In this document: positions 12,004-24,598 of the stretch, piece after piece | How positions within the stretch are numbered: position 1 is the first letter of the stretch | How the letters are laid out: every line of letters starts with the position of its first letter | NCBI RefSeq assembly: GCF_009834535.1 | Contig: NC_045696.1 | Location: 96,474,001-96,538,000, forward strand | Direction of reading: 5' to 3' | Source of the DNA: Camelus ferus | Lineage: Eukaryota | DNA: 64,000 nt | The notes under the pieces: generated by a model | Told to the model about the DNA's origin: nothing | Database searches by the model: none | What the model saw: only the letters and a program-made list of their open reading frames with translations | Made by a program: the position numbers and the translations under genes

Positions 12004-14528
12004 AGGTCTCCCAGAGGAGGATGTGAGTTTGGCAGTTACCCCAAAATGACCTATCATGGTTGGTTAGGTGATTTTGTACCCCATACATTAATCTTCACCC
12101 TGAGGGATCTTTTAGCATCATTTCTTGCCTTGTAATGACTGATGAAATTTCCTTTGCAATTTCTTACCTATTTTATTGTTTTCTAAAATCAGAGGGAGAA
12201 AGACTTTGAGACACATTGAGAGAAAGACATGGAGACATGGCTTAACTTCTTCTCTATCTCATTCATAGATATCCCAGTTGACTGAACAGAAAGTACTTCC
12301 TTTAAAAAAAAAAAGCCACTCTAGATGATTTCTACAGAATAGGCAAATCGGTTTCATTTCTCGATTTATTCTTTCTATTTTAACGTGAGAGACTATTTCT
12401 GTCCTTTCTCTGGCCCTCCTCACCCACATCACATTACACCTTTGGCCAAACCCACACGTATATAAAAAGCTGGGTGAGCAAAATGGCCTGAGCAGAGATT
12501 GCTGACCATGTTTACATTTCTCTGCAAGAAGCTCATATCAAACCTTCTTATCTCCCTCCTGCCTTCTTTCCAGCAAGTCTGTGAATCACATTCAACTTCT
12601 TTATCTCATGAAACACATGCAGGATCAATAGCCACACTTTTCCGTGGGTTTAAGGTCTGCTGAAGAGAACGGTAGGGATGACTCTGGGCACGTCTGCCCC
12701 GAGTTGTTGCAGGAGATGCACCATGAACTTACCGAGACCCGGCCACTGGATTCAAGGCGGCAGCTCTCCCAGCCTTTTGCCTGGGACGCAGTCCTCCAGC
12801 ACATCCACAGAGCGGCCTATTTTGGAAGGATTCTTAAAGAAATTTCCTTCTGATCCTGGTATTAGATTCACTGCTCTTCTTCCAAAGAATTGTGGTTATT
12901 TGTCTCAATCCCCTCCCTACCCAGCCCGTCTGCAGTTTAGTCACCGAAAAACCTAAAGCCACATCTGTAGGTCACTTGCAGCGTCTAGGATTTCAAGGAT
13001 GTGTCCTAGTAACTAGCCTTATTCCTGGATGGGTTTGGGTTCCAATGATTTGTAAATTCTTTCAACTTATTTATCTATTGTTTCTATTTCTATTTTATAA
13101 TGTTTTCATGCATTGTATACAACCTTAGAAGTTGCTTGAAGTTTTTTTGAACAAGGTAGGATATAAATTTTACAAATCCAAGTCTTTCCATCATCCTTGG
13201 ACTACAAGGGCGTAAGGAGAGATGTAAAGGAAATATAACCCAATCCTCAAAATGTTTTCACTGTAAATCAGTTCTGTTTTGTCCACTGCCGAATCCCTGG
13301 TCCCTAGAACAATGCCTGACACGTGCTCAGTAAATCTTTGCTGAATGACTATGGCCAATCTTCAACGCTTCTTTCTGTCCCAGAGACCCGAGCACTTCGC
13401 GTCCTCACTGAAGTTCCAAAACTCAGTCCCCTTCCTGTCATCCTGCATGGACTCTCCTCCCTGTTTTGCATCTGACCATAAATCTAACAGGGCTTTCCCG
13501 TCTTCATTTTGGAGGCGGTGGTGATGCCGAGATAGAAGGTCCACTGCGCTGCCGCATCTTCCCAGTTCTTCGCTCGAGAGCAGATGCTGATGCTGGCTGA
13601 AGTGAATGAATTAAATGACTCATAAGATATTGATTAAGCTTCAACCTTGTGCCCTGGAGGAAAGACATACTGAGCATTGGCCCCTGCTCTTAGAATTTAA
13701 ATCAGTTTCCTAAAATCACTGAAACTGTGCTGTCACTAAAGTACAGATCATTTTCTCAATACACAAGTTCCAGTTGAACCAGCTTGTTGAAGTGGGAAAG
13801 AGACTTGGTTGAAGCCCAGACTCCTGCTCTCACCGGCTCTTTTACTTTTTTTTTTGGCTTTCATCAGTTCTGAAATGTCATGGCATCACCTGACTTTTCC
13901 TGATTTGTCTACTTACCTGAAACCAATCTAAATGTCCCCAGACATCCCCAGTGGGTGAACATAAATAACAATCATACTAGATGTAATTTCCATATCTTGA
14001 TGGCTCTTAATAGTCAGCCCTCTGACAATAAGACAACCAAGGCATTGCTCCCTGCTCTGCCCTCTCACCCAAGTCCCTCCTACTTCATTCTGGAAGTTTC
14101 TAAGTCCTCCTGTCTCCTCAGGAGCAAGTCTGCTATTCCAGCTCCCACACCAAGGTAGCTCAAGCCTACCTGCCTCCGAAGCCTCTGGGAGAAGACTGCT
14201 TTCCCCAGGCAAAGGAAGTGGTCCTCAGGGATGCTCTGCACCCCTAGGGTTCTAGAATGCACGGAGTCTGTGACAGAGGGCGGGCATGGCTGGAGAAGAG
14301 CACACTCTGTCATCTGTGCCCCCAACTAGACTTGTTTGTGTCTGGGGTGTCACATATCTCTCAAGAAAGCCCAAAACCAGACCCACAAGCTGAGCACGAC
14401 CCAAATGCCACACGTGTGATGGCATTCTCTCCCGCCACAAGTCCCTCTTCTCTCCTCTTCAGGCACCCAGCTACAAAAGTTCCTTCTCTGACCCCAAAGG
14501 TCATGCTTATTGGCTCTTGGTCAATGTC

Positions 14529-14929
14529 TTTTTTTTTTTTCAGTTGAAGTACAGTCAGTTTACAATGTTGTGTCAATTTCTGGTGTGCAGCATGATGTTT
14601 CAGTCCTACATATTCATACAGATATTCCTTTTCATATTCTTTTTCATTATAGGCAACTATAAGATATTGAATATAGTTCCCTGTGCTATACAGTATAAAC
14701 TTGTTGTTTATCTATTTTATATACAATTGTCAGTATCTGCAAGTCTTAAACTCCCAATTTATCTCTTTCCACTTCCTTTCCCCTGGTAACCGTAAGTTTT
14801 TTCTGTGTCTCTGAGTCTGTTTGTTTTGTAAATAAGTTCATTCGGTTTTGTTTTGTTTTTTAGATTCCACACATAAGTGATATCATATGATATTTTTCTT
14901 TCTCTTTCTGGCTTACTTCACTTAGAATG
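14529..14929 (-). mobile_element. L1 3' end, 5'-truncated, relatively young subfamily
   Basis: Poly-T followed by the reverse complement of an L1 3'UTR. It closely matches the copy at 60441-61231 (shared acaccagaaattgacacaacattgtaaactgact). Confidence 0.9.
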
Positions 14930-15998
14930 TCTTATTATTAATACATCTAGAAGGGTCCTAGCCCACGACCTGTAGATTTAGGATTGGATCCAAAGCTGCT
15001 GTCTTTAGGGTGGAAAGACAATCCACTCAAAAAACCCCTACAGTCCCTCTCGACTAAAGCAACGAATGATTTGGAGGAACGCAGCGCCTCCTGGGGGGCA
15101 CGGCAGGGCCGGGCAGTGTGGCACGTCACTGGGAGCCGTGACCTTGGCGGTGCAGGGGTGAGCAGAGGGCACCAGGACCTGCCCTAACCCAGTGGTCCCA
15201 CATCACGGGTACCCGCGAGTCTGTTCTGTACAGGGTCCTGCCACGCAGACCAAAGAGCCAAGAAAGAAGGCAGGCAGGTATTTCAGCCCTCAGTGCACCT
15301 ATTCATCTAGTTCTAAGGCTTCTTCTTTCTCTTTCTTCCTCGGTTATACTATTACTACCCGTTTTTCTTTAAGCAGTAAAAGGTTTATATCCTTATTTTT
15401 TAAATGGCTAACTTTGGAAATTGTAAGCTTCTGCACAGGGCAGCTTCGGGGCTTTCCAAGTCAGCTCCCTGCTCTGAAAGTTCAAAGCTGTATCTTCAGC
15501 ACCTTTTGAATTACAAATACTCTAGATTCCAAGTCAAGCTAATCAATGCCTTCAGCTGAGGTATCATCTGAGCCACCTCTCCACCCATTAAAGGAGAGGA
15601 GGACTGTTGGCTCAGCAAGGTCACAGAGCCAGAAGGTGGCCAATGCGATGCTGTTTTAGGTCTCTGGGCTGGCCGTGGAGAGACGCTCAGGGACCTGGGG
15701 AGGTCAACTCCGTGGGGGCAGCAGGAGGAAGAAAGCACCCATCCCAGGGAGGGGATCTTGTGCGCTGGGAGTTTCCCAGCAGATCACTGAAGGGAAATGG
15801 CATGGTTGGATTTACGTCACAGCAGGACATGCTGGGGCCTGTTGAGGAGTGATAGGAACAGAGACTGGGCAACCATCAAGGACATTTTACAGAAACTCAC
15901 CCAGGAGGTGATGAGAGTCAAGACTCAGGCAGCGGAAGGATGCAGAAAAGTTTAGGAGGCTAAATAGTCAGGGTCTGATGATTGATTAAATGTGCAGA

Positions 15999-16140
15999 GT
16001 AAGGAACAGGCCATCTTTGCTGTATTCAGAGTTCAGTTCAGTTTTATACCGAGGTCTCTCTCCCCTACTGCAGTAACTTGAATAAAATCTCTTGCCATTT
16101 TTAACCAGTGTCTGGTGAAATTTTTTTTCTATTATACCAC
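15999..16140 (+). mobile_element. Short ERV1-type LTR remnant
   Basis: 'ctctctcccctactgcagtaacttgaataaaatc...ttaaccagtgtctgg' is an LTR 3' (R/U5) signature with AATAAA. Confidence 0.5.
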
Positions 16141-16582
16141 AGACAAGCCACCCAAATATTGTGAAGTGGGTGAGGAGTGAGAAGACAGAATGCAGGGCTA
16201 GAGCCTCAGAGGTGGGGCAGTGAGGGCAGTCAGAGGAGCCACGCAGGATGTCCAAGTGCCTGGCAGGTGTCTCGGAGGCAAGAAGGAATAGCCAGGGAAA
16301 CAGATGAGAAGCCAGGTCTTCTGCCTTCAAATCCAGTAGAGCTAAGCTTGCTCGTGACTACACAGAGTGTGGTGTGGATGTGTGCACGTGTGGAAATGCA
16401 CACGTGGGCACACAAACAGGCAGACTGGGTAGCCCCTGTGTGGGCCAGCGTTAACTGGAGGTGGACATGATTGAAAGCTCTTCCCTTTCTCCAGGAAGTC
16501 CACCCTCTCATTTCTTTTCTGACACATGAAATTCTTTTATTAGGAAAAAATATGTTTTATTATGTAATTAGAATTAATGCTT

Positions 16583-18063
16583 GGTCAAGATGGCAGAGCA
16601 GTAGGACCATGAGCTCAGCTCTCCTCACGACTACAACAAAACCACAAATGACTGCTAAATGACCAGCAAAAAGAAAAAGGACTAGAACCTAGCAAAAAAG
16701 ATCTTCTGCAACTAGAAACATAAAGAGGGAACCACAGGCGTGGAGGGGCGTGCTCATGATGTAATCAAGCCCCATATCCCCGGAGTGGGGGACCCACAAG
16801 CTGAAGAATACATAAGTGGCAGAGGCCCCCCCAACAGGAGTGAGAGCTCTAAGCCCCATGTCAGGCTCCCCAGCCCGGGGTTCTGGCCCTGGGGAGAGAA
16901 GGAGACCCCAAGACATCTGCTTTTGAAGCCCAGCGGGACTTAACACCAGGACCTCCAGGGGACTGGGGGAAACAGAGATCTCATTCTCTTGGGAAGCGTG
17001 CTCCAGGTCCAAGGGAAGAGGCAGTTATTTCTTAGGAACCTGGGCCAGACCTGCCTGCTGGTTTTGGAAGTTCTCCTAGGGAGGCAGGGGATGACTGTGG
17101 CTCACCCAGGGGACAAAAAAGCTGGTAGCAGACATTCCTGGAGTGTTTATCTACATGAGCTTTCCTGGAGGTTGACATCTTAAATGGATCATCAGCACCA
17201 AGACCTAGCCCCACCCAACAGCCTGCAGGCTTAAGTGCTGGGAAGCCTCAGGCCAAACAACATACAGGGTGGGAACACAGTGCCACCCATCAGCAGACTT
17301 CCTGAGCCACAAACGCCTCTAGACATGGCCCAACCCACCAGAGGTGCAGGACCAAGCTTCACCCAGCAGGATCAAGCTTCGCCCACCTAAGGGTTACACT
17401 TCCAACCTCCCTTCCAAGTAGTGGCCACATGATTCTGGCCTATGGAGTGTGAGCAAAAATGACACGGGCAGGCGCAGGCTCCTCCTGCCAAGAAAACTGC
17501 ATAAGCCTCTAGTCCAGCCTCATCCACCAGAGGCAGATACTAGAAATAAGAAAAAACAATCCCAAAGCCTGTGGAAGGAATCCAAAAACACAAGCCAGAT
17601 TCTATCCTGGGACCAGCTGGACCCTGGCCCTTGGGTGACAAGAGAGGAGTGTACTGCTGGGACGCATAAGATGTCTCCACAGAGGGCCACTTCTCCAAGG
17701 TCGAGAAACATAACTAACCTACCTAAAAACACAAATAGAAAGATAGACACTATGAGGCAGCAGAGGAAAATCTTCCAGGCAGCAGAGGAATATCTCCCAG
17801 GCCAAGGCACAAGATAAAATCCCAGAAGAAACAAATGATGAGGAGACAAGCAATTTATCTGAGAAAGAGTTTAAAGTAATGATGGTGAAGATGTTCAGAG
17901 AACTCAAGAGGAGTATGGATGCACAGGGGGAAGTTTTTAGCAAAGAGTTGGAAAATATAAAGAATACCCAGAGTTGAAGAATACAATTACTGAAATGAAT
18001 AACACAGTAGAAGGAACCAAGAAAAGACTAAGTGAGGCAGAAGAACAGATCAGTGAGCTAGAA
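16583..18063 (+). mobile_element. L1 5'UTR plus start of degraded ORF1
   Basis: Begins 'tcaagatggcagag', followed by a GC-rich 5'UTR and then ORF1-like peptides (MRQQRKIFQ..., KNTITEMNNTVEGTKKRLSEAEEQISELE). Truncated at about 18063. Confidence 0.85.
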
Positions 18064-19239
18064 TTAAGGTGTATATGGTCACCCTGGGAGAGATGCATGT
18101 CTACAAATTCACCTTTTTTACCGTGTCAACAATTGCTATTGGAGCCTTTTCTAGTGGCCTGTTTTGATTGGGAAGGAGGATGGAAACTGAAGAACTCACA
18201 ACGCACCGTTCACTCTGAGAGGGTGAAAGAGCTCAGATTTATAAGCTGAGGGCACCAAATATTAAATTTTGCCAAATTTGCCAATAATAGAGTTGCTTTG
18301 CTGAGGTTCTTGTAAGAAAAAGAAACCACTCCAACAAACTGAAACAAAGAAATGGAATTTATTGAAGGAATAAAGCATCTCACAGAATACAAGGACTTGC
18401 TGAGCTCCAGGACCCAGGAAAGACTCCAGGATCCCAGCCTTTGTGACTGGGGTCCCTATAGACTCCAACCACTGACAGGATTCTCTCACATTTAGATGAT
18501 TTTCAAGTCCAAATGCATATTCCCAAGATAAACAACCAAGCCTGTTCAAGACAAGATTCTATGCCTCATTCGACTAGCTATGACTGGTTGGCCAACCAGC
18601 AGAAGACCTGGCTTTCTCATCTGTTTCCCTGGCTATTCCTTCTTGCTCCCGAAATACCTCCCAGGCACTTAGAGAGATGGAGTCATGTGCAGACGCATGG
18701 CTCCGAGGCACCCCCTCTGTGAAAAAGGCAGTGTGATCAGATTCAGGGAAGGTGCGGCACACCTGGGCTTCCTCTTTGCATTACTTCCCAGCTGGGTGGC
18801 TCTTTACCCTTTATAAAGCCCAAGCACTTCCCCAGAACTATTCTGGTCCTCACAGTTATCACGTAACTAGGCGAAGCAGAGACTTTTTCACATGATGCAA
18901 TGATGCCTTTTTCCAGGTGAGGAAAGTGATGTTTACAAAGCTTAGTTGACGTACTCTAGGTCACAAGACTAAGTAGCAGAGGCAAGAGTTAAACCTATGT
19001 GTCCTGAGCTGCAAAACCAAATATGTGTGACTACGTGGGTAGGAACGCATGACGAGTGTCTGGATGAGAGCCACCAGAGCTGAAGGAATGTGCTCACCTG
19101 TGCTTTCAAACTAAGCTGTTTACAAGAGGTCAGGGAAAATGGGAGGAGGGACCAGAGTACAGATGAAGGAAAGAGAAAGGCATGAAACAGATCCAGAGGG
19201 AGACCTCTGGAATCTGCACATAAATATATCTATAAGGTA

Positions 19240-19630
19240 TCAATGGCAGAGGTTATTCATTGTCCCCCACAATGGCTATTCTCCCTTTACAAGATAGTAA
19301 AAACATTCCTAGTAAAATGAATATTTGCCCAGCTAAGGGTTACACTTCCAACCTCCCTTCCAAGTAGCGGCCACATGATTCTGGCCTATGGAGTATGAGC
19401 AAAAATGACATGTGCAAATTCCTTGTCGTGTGCTTAAAGGACAAGTCCTTCATTCCTTTCCCCTTTCTATGGTCTGGAATGCAGAGTTAATGGCAGGAGG
19501 TGAAGCAGCCATATTGGACCATGAGGTGCAAGCCAAGTATGAGGATGGCAGAGACTCAAAATGGATAAAGCCTGGGTTCTTGATGAAACCACCATACCAA
19601 TCACTGCCAACCCAGACTTATTTTCAAGTC
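19240..19630 (-). mobile_element. MaLR LTR (MLT1-like)
   Basis: 'ggccacatgattctggcc..', 'tggaatgcagagttaatggcaggaggtgaagcagccatattggaccatgag' are typical MLT1 motifs. Confidence 0.7.
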
Positions 19631-20079
19631 CAAGAAATAATTTTATTACAGTTATATTGGAGAAATAATAAAATGCCATGCATCATGCGGTATTATAGTA
19701 GGCACTGGTAAATGCTAAATATTTCCATGATTGATATGCAGGTTAAAAAAAAAGTTGGTGTATTTTGGCTAGGGAAATTAGTGGTAATTTCTATGTCTTC
19801 TTTATTTATCTACTTCAAAATTTTAGATGATTATATATCAATAGTGAAATTACTTTTAAACTGTATTCCAGTAATTGAACTTTTTAAATGCTTACAATTT
19901 ATAACACAATTATTCTTCTCCAAGGAATTTTTTTTCTCATAAACTTTTTACCAAAAATTTCTATCAAAAACACAGCCACAGTGACTGTAATTATATATTT
20001 TTGGCTCTTGTGTGAGATTTTTCATAGACTAAATTCTTAAAAAATTTTTTTAAATCACTAGTTATGAACATTATTTTTT

Positions 20080-20460
20080 AACTTTTTATTATAGAAAATT
20101 TCAAATATATAAATGATTAGAGAAAATAATATAATGAACCCCTATATACCTATTACAGATCTTCAACTACTAACTCCTGACGAATTTTGTTTCATCTATA
20201 TGGTCTCATCCACTTCTAACCCTCCCCAGGAGGTTTATTTTGAGGCAAATCCCAGACATCATATCATTTCATCTATAAATATTTTAGTATATATCTTAGG
20301 ATAAGAACTCTTTTAAAAAAACATGATCACAATACCATCCTTTGTTATTATCAAGCATACAGTGTTTAAATTTTCCCAGTCATCTCACAAACTTTTATGC
20401 AGGATCCAAATAAATTCCATACATTGCAATCAGTTGATACATCTCTTTTAGTGTATAGGT
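20080..20460 (-). mobile_element. Old L1M 3' fragment
   Basis: 'ttttattatagaaaatttcaaatata', 'tattttgaggcaaatcccagacatcatatcatttcatc' are L1M 3'-end motifs. Confidence 0.7.
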
Positions 20461-20879
20461 TACCTGGACCTTTATGGGACAGACCGATGATCTTTTAACT
20501 TGTTTAAGCCACTGTTATTTGGAGTCTCTGTCACAGCAAGGACATCCTAACACCCCACCTCTCCACCAGACCTGCAGAGGCCTCAGCCCAGAACCACTGG
20601 AGGCCCCAGTTCTCAGGGCAAGCATGTGGCTCATTACCCTTGTCCTCAGGCCTTGGCTGACCCAGACAGGGGCAGGGGCAGAGTCTGGCACCCAATCCTG
20701 TCTTGTGCCGAGATGTTTCTAGTCCTTTTCAGGTCATGCATCAGCCAGGGCAGCAATTAGGACTTACTGGAAGTACCAGATTTCCTCCAAGCAGCAGCCC
20801 AGGCCTGGCTCACCTAAAGCCTGAATTTCTTTCCCAGGTTGAGAAGGCACTATGATGAGAATGAATCACTTTGTACGTC

Positions 20880-21170
20880 TGACGAATAAGTGTGGCCATG
20901 TTCCAGGAAAGTTTTATTTATGGACACAAATTTGGACTTTGTATAACTTTCACAAATGTTATGATGTACATTATTACATGTTATATAATTATGTATTGTT
21001 AAAGTATACTATGAAAGAGTATAATATTTTGTGCCATGAAATAGTGTTATTCTTTTAATTTGTTTTCAACCATTTAAAAATGTAAAAACCATTTTTAGCT
21101 TTCTGGCCATACATAAACAGATGGCAGACCAGATTTGTTGGTTTGTGGGCTGCAATTTGCCAAGCCCTGA
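20880..21170. mobile_element. hAT DNA transposon fragment (MER58-like)
   Basis: 'gtgtggccatgttcca...tttattta' and the end 'gggctgcaatttgccaagccctg'. Confidence 0.6.
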
Positions 21171-22704
21171 TCTAGCCCAGCCTTCTCATCTCTTTTACTG
21201 AGAATTAAGCTGAGGACCAGAGAGGTGAATTAATTCATCCAAAGTCACACAGCAAGTTTATGATAGAGGCCAAATTAGCACCTGAAACGCACCAAAGAGT
21301 AGGATACTCTAATATGCAAGAACAGGATACTCAAGAACTATTTGTAAGGCCAAAGACAGAGAACCAGAGCTTACACTCAACGCCATATGGATACATAATG
21401 ACAATAGACAGCCTGACTGCAGTGCCCGTTTCCTAGTAACCACAGCCTCTCTGATGAAAGATTGCTTCCACTTGTTATTTATAACTTATTTCCCAATAGG
21501 GAGGGTGAGTGATTTATTTATATTTAGTTTCAAGAGCCAGGGAAATCCTGATCTACCATCTTAGGATAGACACAAACCTTATAGCCACAGCTGCCAGGAG
21601 ATGGGAGAAAGCAAAGAAAGCTGCAATGTACAGTGTTGTCCCTGTTACCAACAACAAGGGTCACATACAGCAATTACTGACTGCCTGACACAAATAACAG
21701 ATGGTGCGAGGGGAGACGGGAGGGAAGGATGCATTCCTATTTATACTCTATGGAGGCAGTCATTATGAAAAACCTTTCTGCACCTTGTTCATTACCGGAA
21801 GCATCTGTTAATTTTGCCTGCCTTTTGACTTTGTTAGCATTACTTTGCTGCTGGCTCCTAGAATTATGCTCCTGAGAATGAATTCTGCTGTCTCAGAAGG
21901 TGCTTTCTTGGTTCCAGAGAAAACTGGATGATCTGAAGTCCAGAAAAAGAGCACAAAGCATTACAAAACAGAAAAAGCCTTTAAACAGAAGAGAGTTTAT
22001 GGATCAGTCAAGAGATTGCAGGTGGAACTGGGTAGAACTGACAAGTTAGGCCAACATCAGAGAAGGTTTGCACTGACCGGGTTATCTAGACATTACCTAG
22101 TGCTGTCCAACCCCTTATTTTATTTCTGCAGGCTCAGAGAGGGTAAGTGACTTTTATAAGATCACACAGCAGATTAAGTGAATTCATATCTCATAACTTG
22201 CTGCCCCATGACCTTTCTATTGCCTAAGCAGCCTCTAAAACAAGGCAGAAAATATTTCAGCAGGCAGAGGTACAGCACCAACGTGATGAACAGATGCAGA
22301 GTCTTCACTTCCTTCCATCAACAAATGTAAACAGACAGTTATGTCATTGTGCAATCATAGGTAAGTAGTCAAAAAATGACATTTATTAAAAGAATGAAGA
22401 AGGCAAACTCTGAAACAATAACCCACCCCCATTTGTGTGGTGCTTTTCAGTTAACATAGATTTGTATTCTTGCTAAGCTTTGTAACAACTCTAAGAGGTC
22501 AACCAGGCAGGAATTGTTGTCCCTATTTTGAAGGGAAGCTGCTAAAAGTTATAAACACCTGCTATGTGCCACTGTTTTAAATGTTTCTTGGGTATTAATT
22601 AATAAATCCTCATAGTCACCCAAAGAGGTGATTAAAATTATTATCCCCATTTTTCAAGGTGAAATGATTGGCTCAAGATCACTGCCAGTATCTAGATATG
22701 ATGG

Positions 22705-22804
22705 ACACACCCCACGGTCATCCCTCAACAAGTCACACTTCTGTATAATACCCTCCCCTTGAGTGTTGGCAGACTTGTGGCTTGCTTCTTTTCAACAGAA
22801 TATG
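22705..22804 (+). mobile_element. MaLR LTR (MLT1-like), 5' part, interrupted by L1
   Basis: 'tgtataataccctccccttgagtgttggcagacttgtggcttgcttc..aacagaatatg'; the element resumes at 24599. Confidence 0.7.
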
Positions 22805-24598
22805 CGATAAAGAATGATATTACATAATTATAAAAGGGTCAATTCTCCAGGAACACATAACAATTCTTAACCTGTACGTGCCTAACAACAGAGCATCAAA
22901 CTTCATGAGGTAAAAACTGATAGAACTGCAAGGAAAGACAGATGAATCCACTATTATAGCTGGAGACTTCAACACCCATGTCTCAGAAATGGCAGGTCCA
23001 GTACATGGAAAATCAGTCATGACAATGCCATCAATCAGCTGGATATAACTGACATATAGAATATCTCATCCAACTGCAAGTAGAATATATATTCTTCTCA
23101 AGCTCACACAGAACATTCACCAAGATAGGCCACATTCTGGGCCATAAAACACACCTGCCTGGTTGACCAACTGAACTCTTAGGGTTGTTACAAAGCCTTA
23201 CTAATTTAAAAGAATAGAAATTATACAATGTCTACTCTTAGACTACAATGGAATTAAACCAGAAATCAATAATAAAATGATAACTGGGAAATCCCCAAAT
23301 ATGTGGAGATCAAATAACATACTTCTACATAGTACATGGGTCAAAGAAGAAATCTCAAGATAAAAGTTAAATATTTTAAACTAAATGAAAATAAAACACA
23401 ACTTATCAAAATTTGTGGAATGCAGCAAAAGCAGTGCTTAGGGGGAAATTTACAGCATTGAAAAAATATATATATATGTATTAGTAAGGAAGATCTGAAA
23501 TCAATTTATCTGAATTTCCACCTTAGGTAACTAGAAAAAGAAGAGCAATTCAAATCCAAAGTAAGGTGAAGAAAATAAATAACTAAAATTAGAGCAGAAA
23601 TCAATGAAATTAAGAACAGGAAATCAATAGAGAAAATCTATGAAACAAAAAGCTGGTTCTTTGAAGAGATCAATAAAATCAACAAAGCCTCTAGCCAGGC
23701 TAAGAAAAAAAAGAGGCTGCTAATGACTAACATCAAAAATGAAAGAGGGGGGAAACAGTATAGAGATTCTGCAAAAAACTAAAAACAGACTTACCATATG
23801 ATCCAGCAATCCCACTTCTGGGTATATATCCAGAGGGAACTCTAATGCAAAAACGATACATGCACCTCAATGTTCATAGCAGCACTATTGACAATAGCCA
23901 AGACATGGAACCAACCTAAATGTCCATTGACAGATGACTGGATAAAGAAATTGTGGTATATTTATACAAAGGAATACTATTCAGCCATAAAAAAGAATAA
24001 AATAATGTCATTTGCAGCAACATGGATGGGCCTGGAGATTGTCACACTAAGTTAAGTAAGTCAGAAAGAGAAAGGAAAATACCACGTAATATCATTTATA
24101 TGTGGAATCTAAAAAAAAAACAAAAAACAAAAAAGACACAAATGAACTTATTTACAAAGCAGAAACAGATTCACTGACATAGAAAACAAACTTATGGTTA
24201 CTAGTGGGGAAAGAAGGGTGTGGAGGGATGAACTGGGAGTTTGGGATGTGCAGATACTAACTACTATATACAGAACAGATAAACAACAAGGACCAACTGT
24301 ATAGCATAGGGAACTATATTCAATATCTTGTAATCACCTATAATGGAACAGAATCTGGAAAAGAATATATATATGTATATATATAACTGAATCACTCTGC
24401 TTACACCTGAAACTAACACAATATTATAAATCAACTATATTTCAATAAATTTAAAAGTAAAATAAAATTAAAATAAAAGGCTAATAAAGGAATACTATAA
24501 ACAACTCAATGCTCACATATTTGATAACAAAGTTAACCAATTCCTTGAAAGACATAAACTGCCAAAACTCACACAAGAAAGAGAGCATCTGAAAAAGC
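22805..24598 (+). mobile_element. Old L1 ORF2 fragment (22805-23750 and about 24477-24598) containing a younger L1 3' end (about 23751-24476)
   Basis: Degraded endonuclease-region L1 sequence, then an abrupt jump to the ORF2 C-terminus ([19 protein letters not shown]...) with 3'UTR and A-rich tail, then resumption of the old ORF2. Confidence 0.85.

Noticed and set aside
12644..12956. Protein-like ORFs (…QPFAWDAVLQHIHRAAYFGRILKEISF)
   Set aside because: I could not choose a frame or recognise a family. It may belong to the decayed gene, but this is unsupported.
21500..21504. Apparent 5-nt micro-exon (tcccaatag|ggagg|gtgagt)
   Set aside because: Flanking introns to the neighbouring candidate exons would be only about 60-64 nt, and there is no other support
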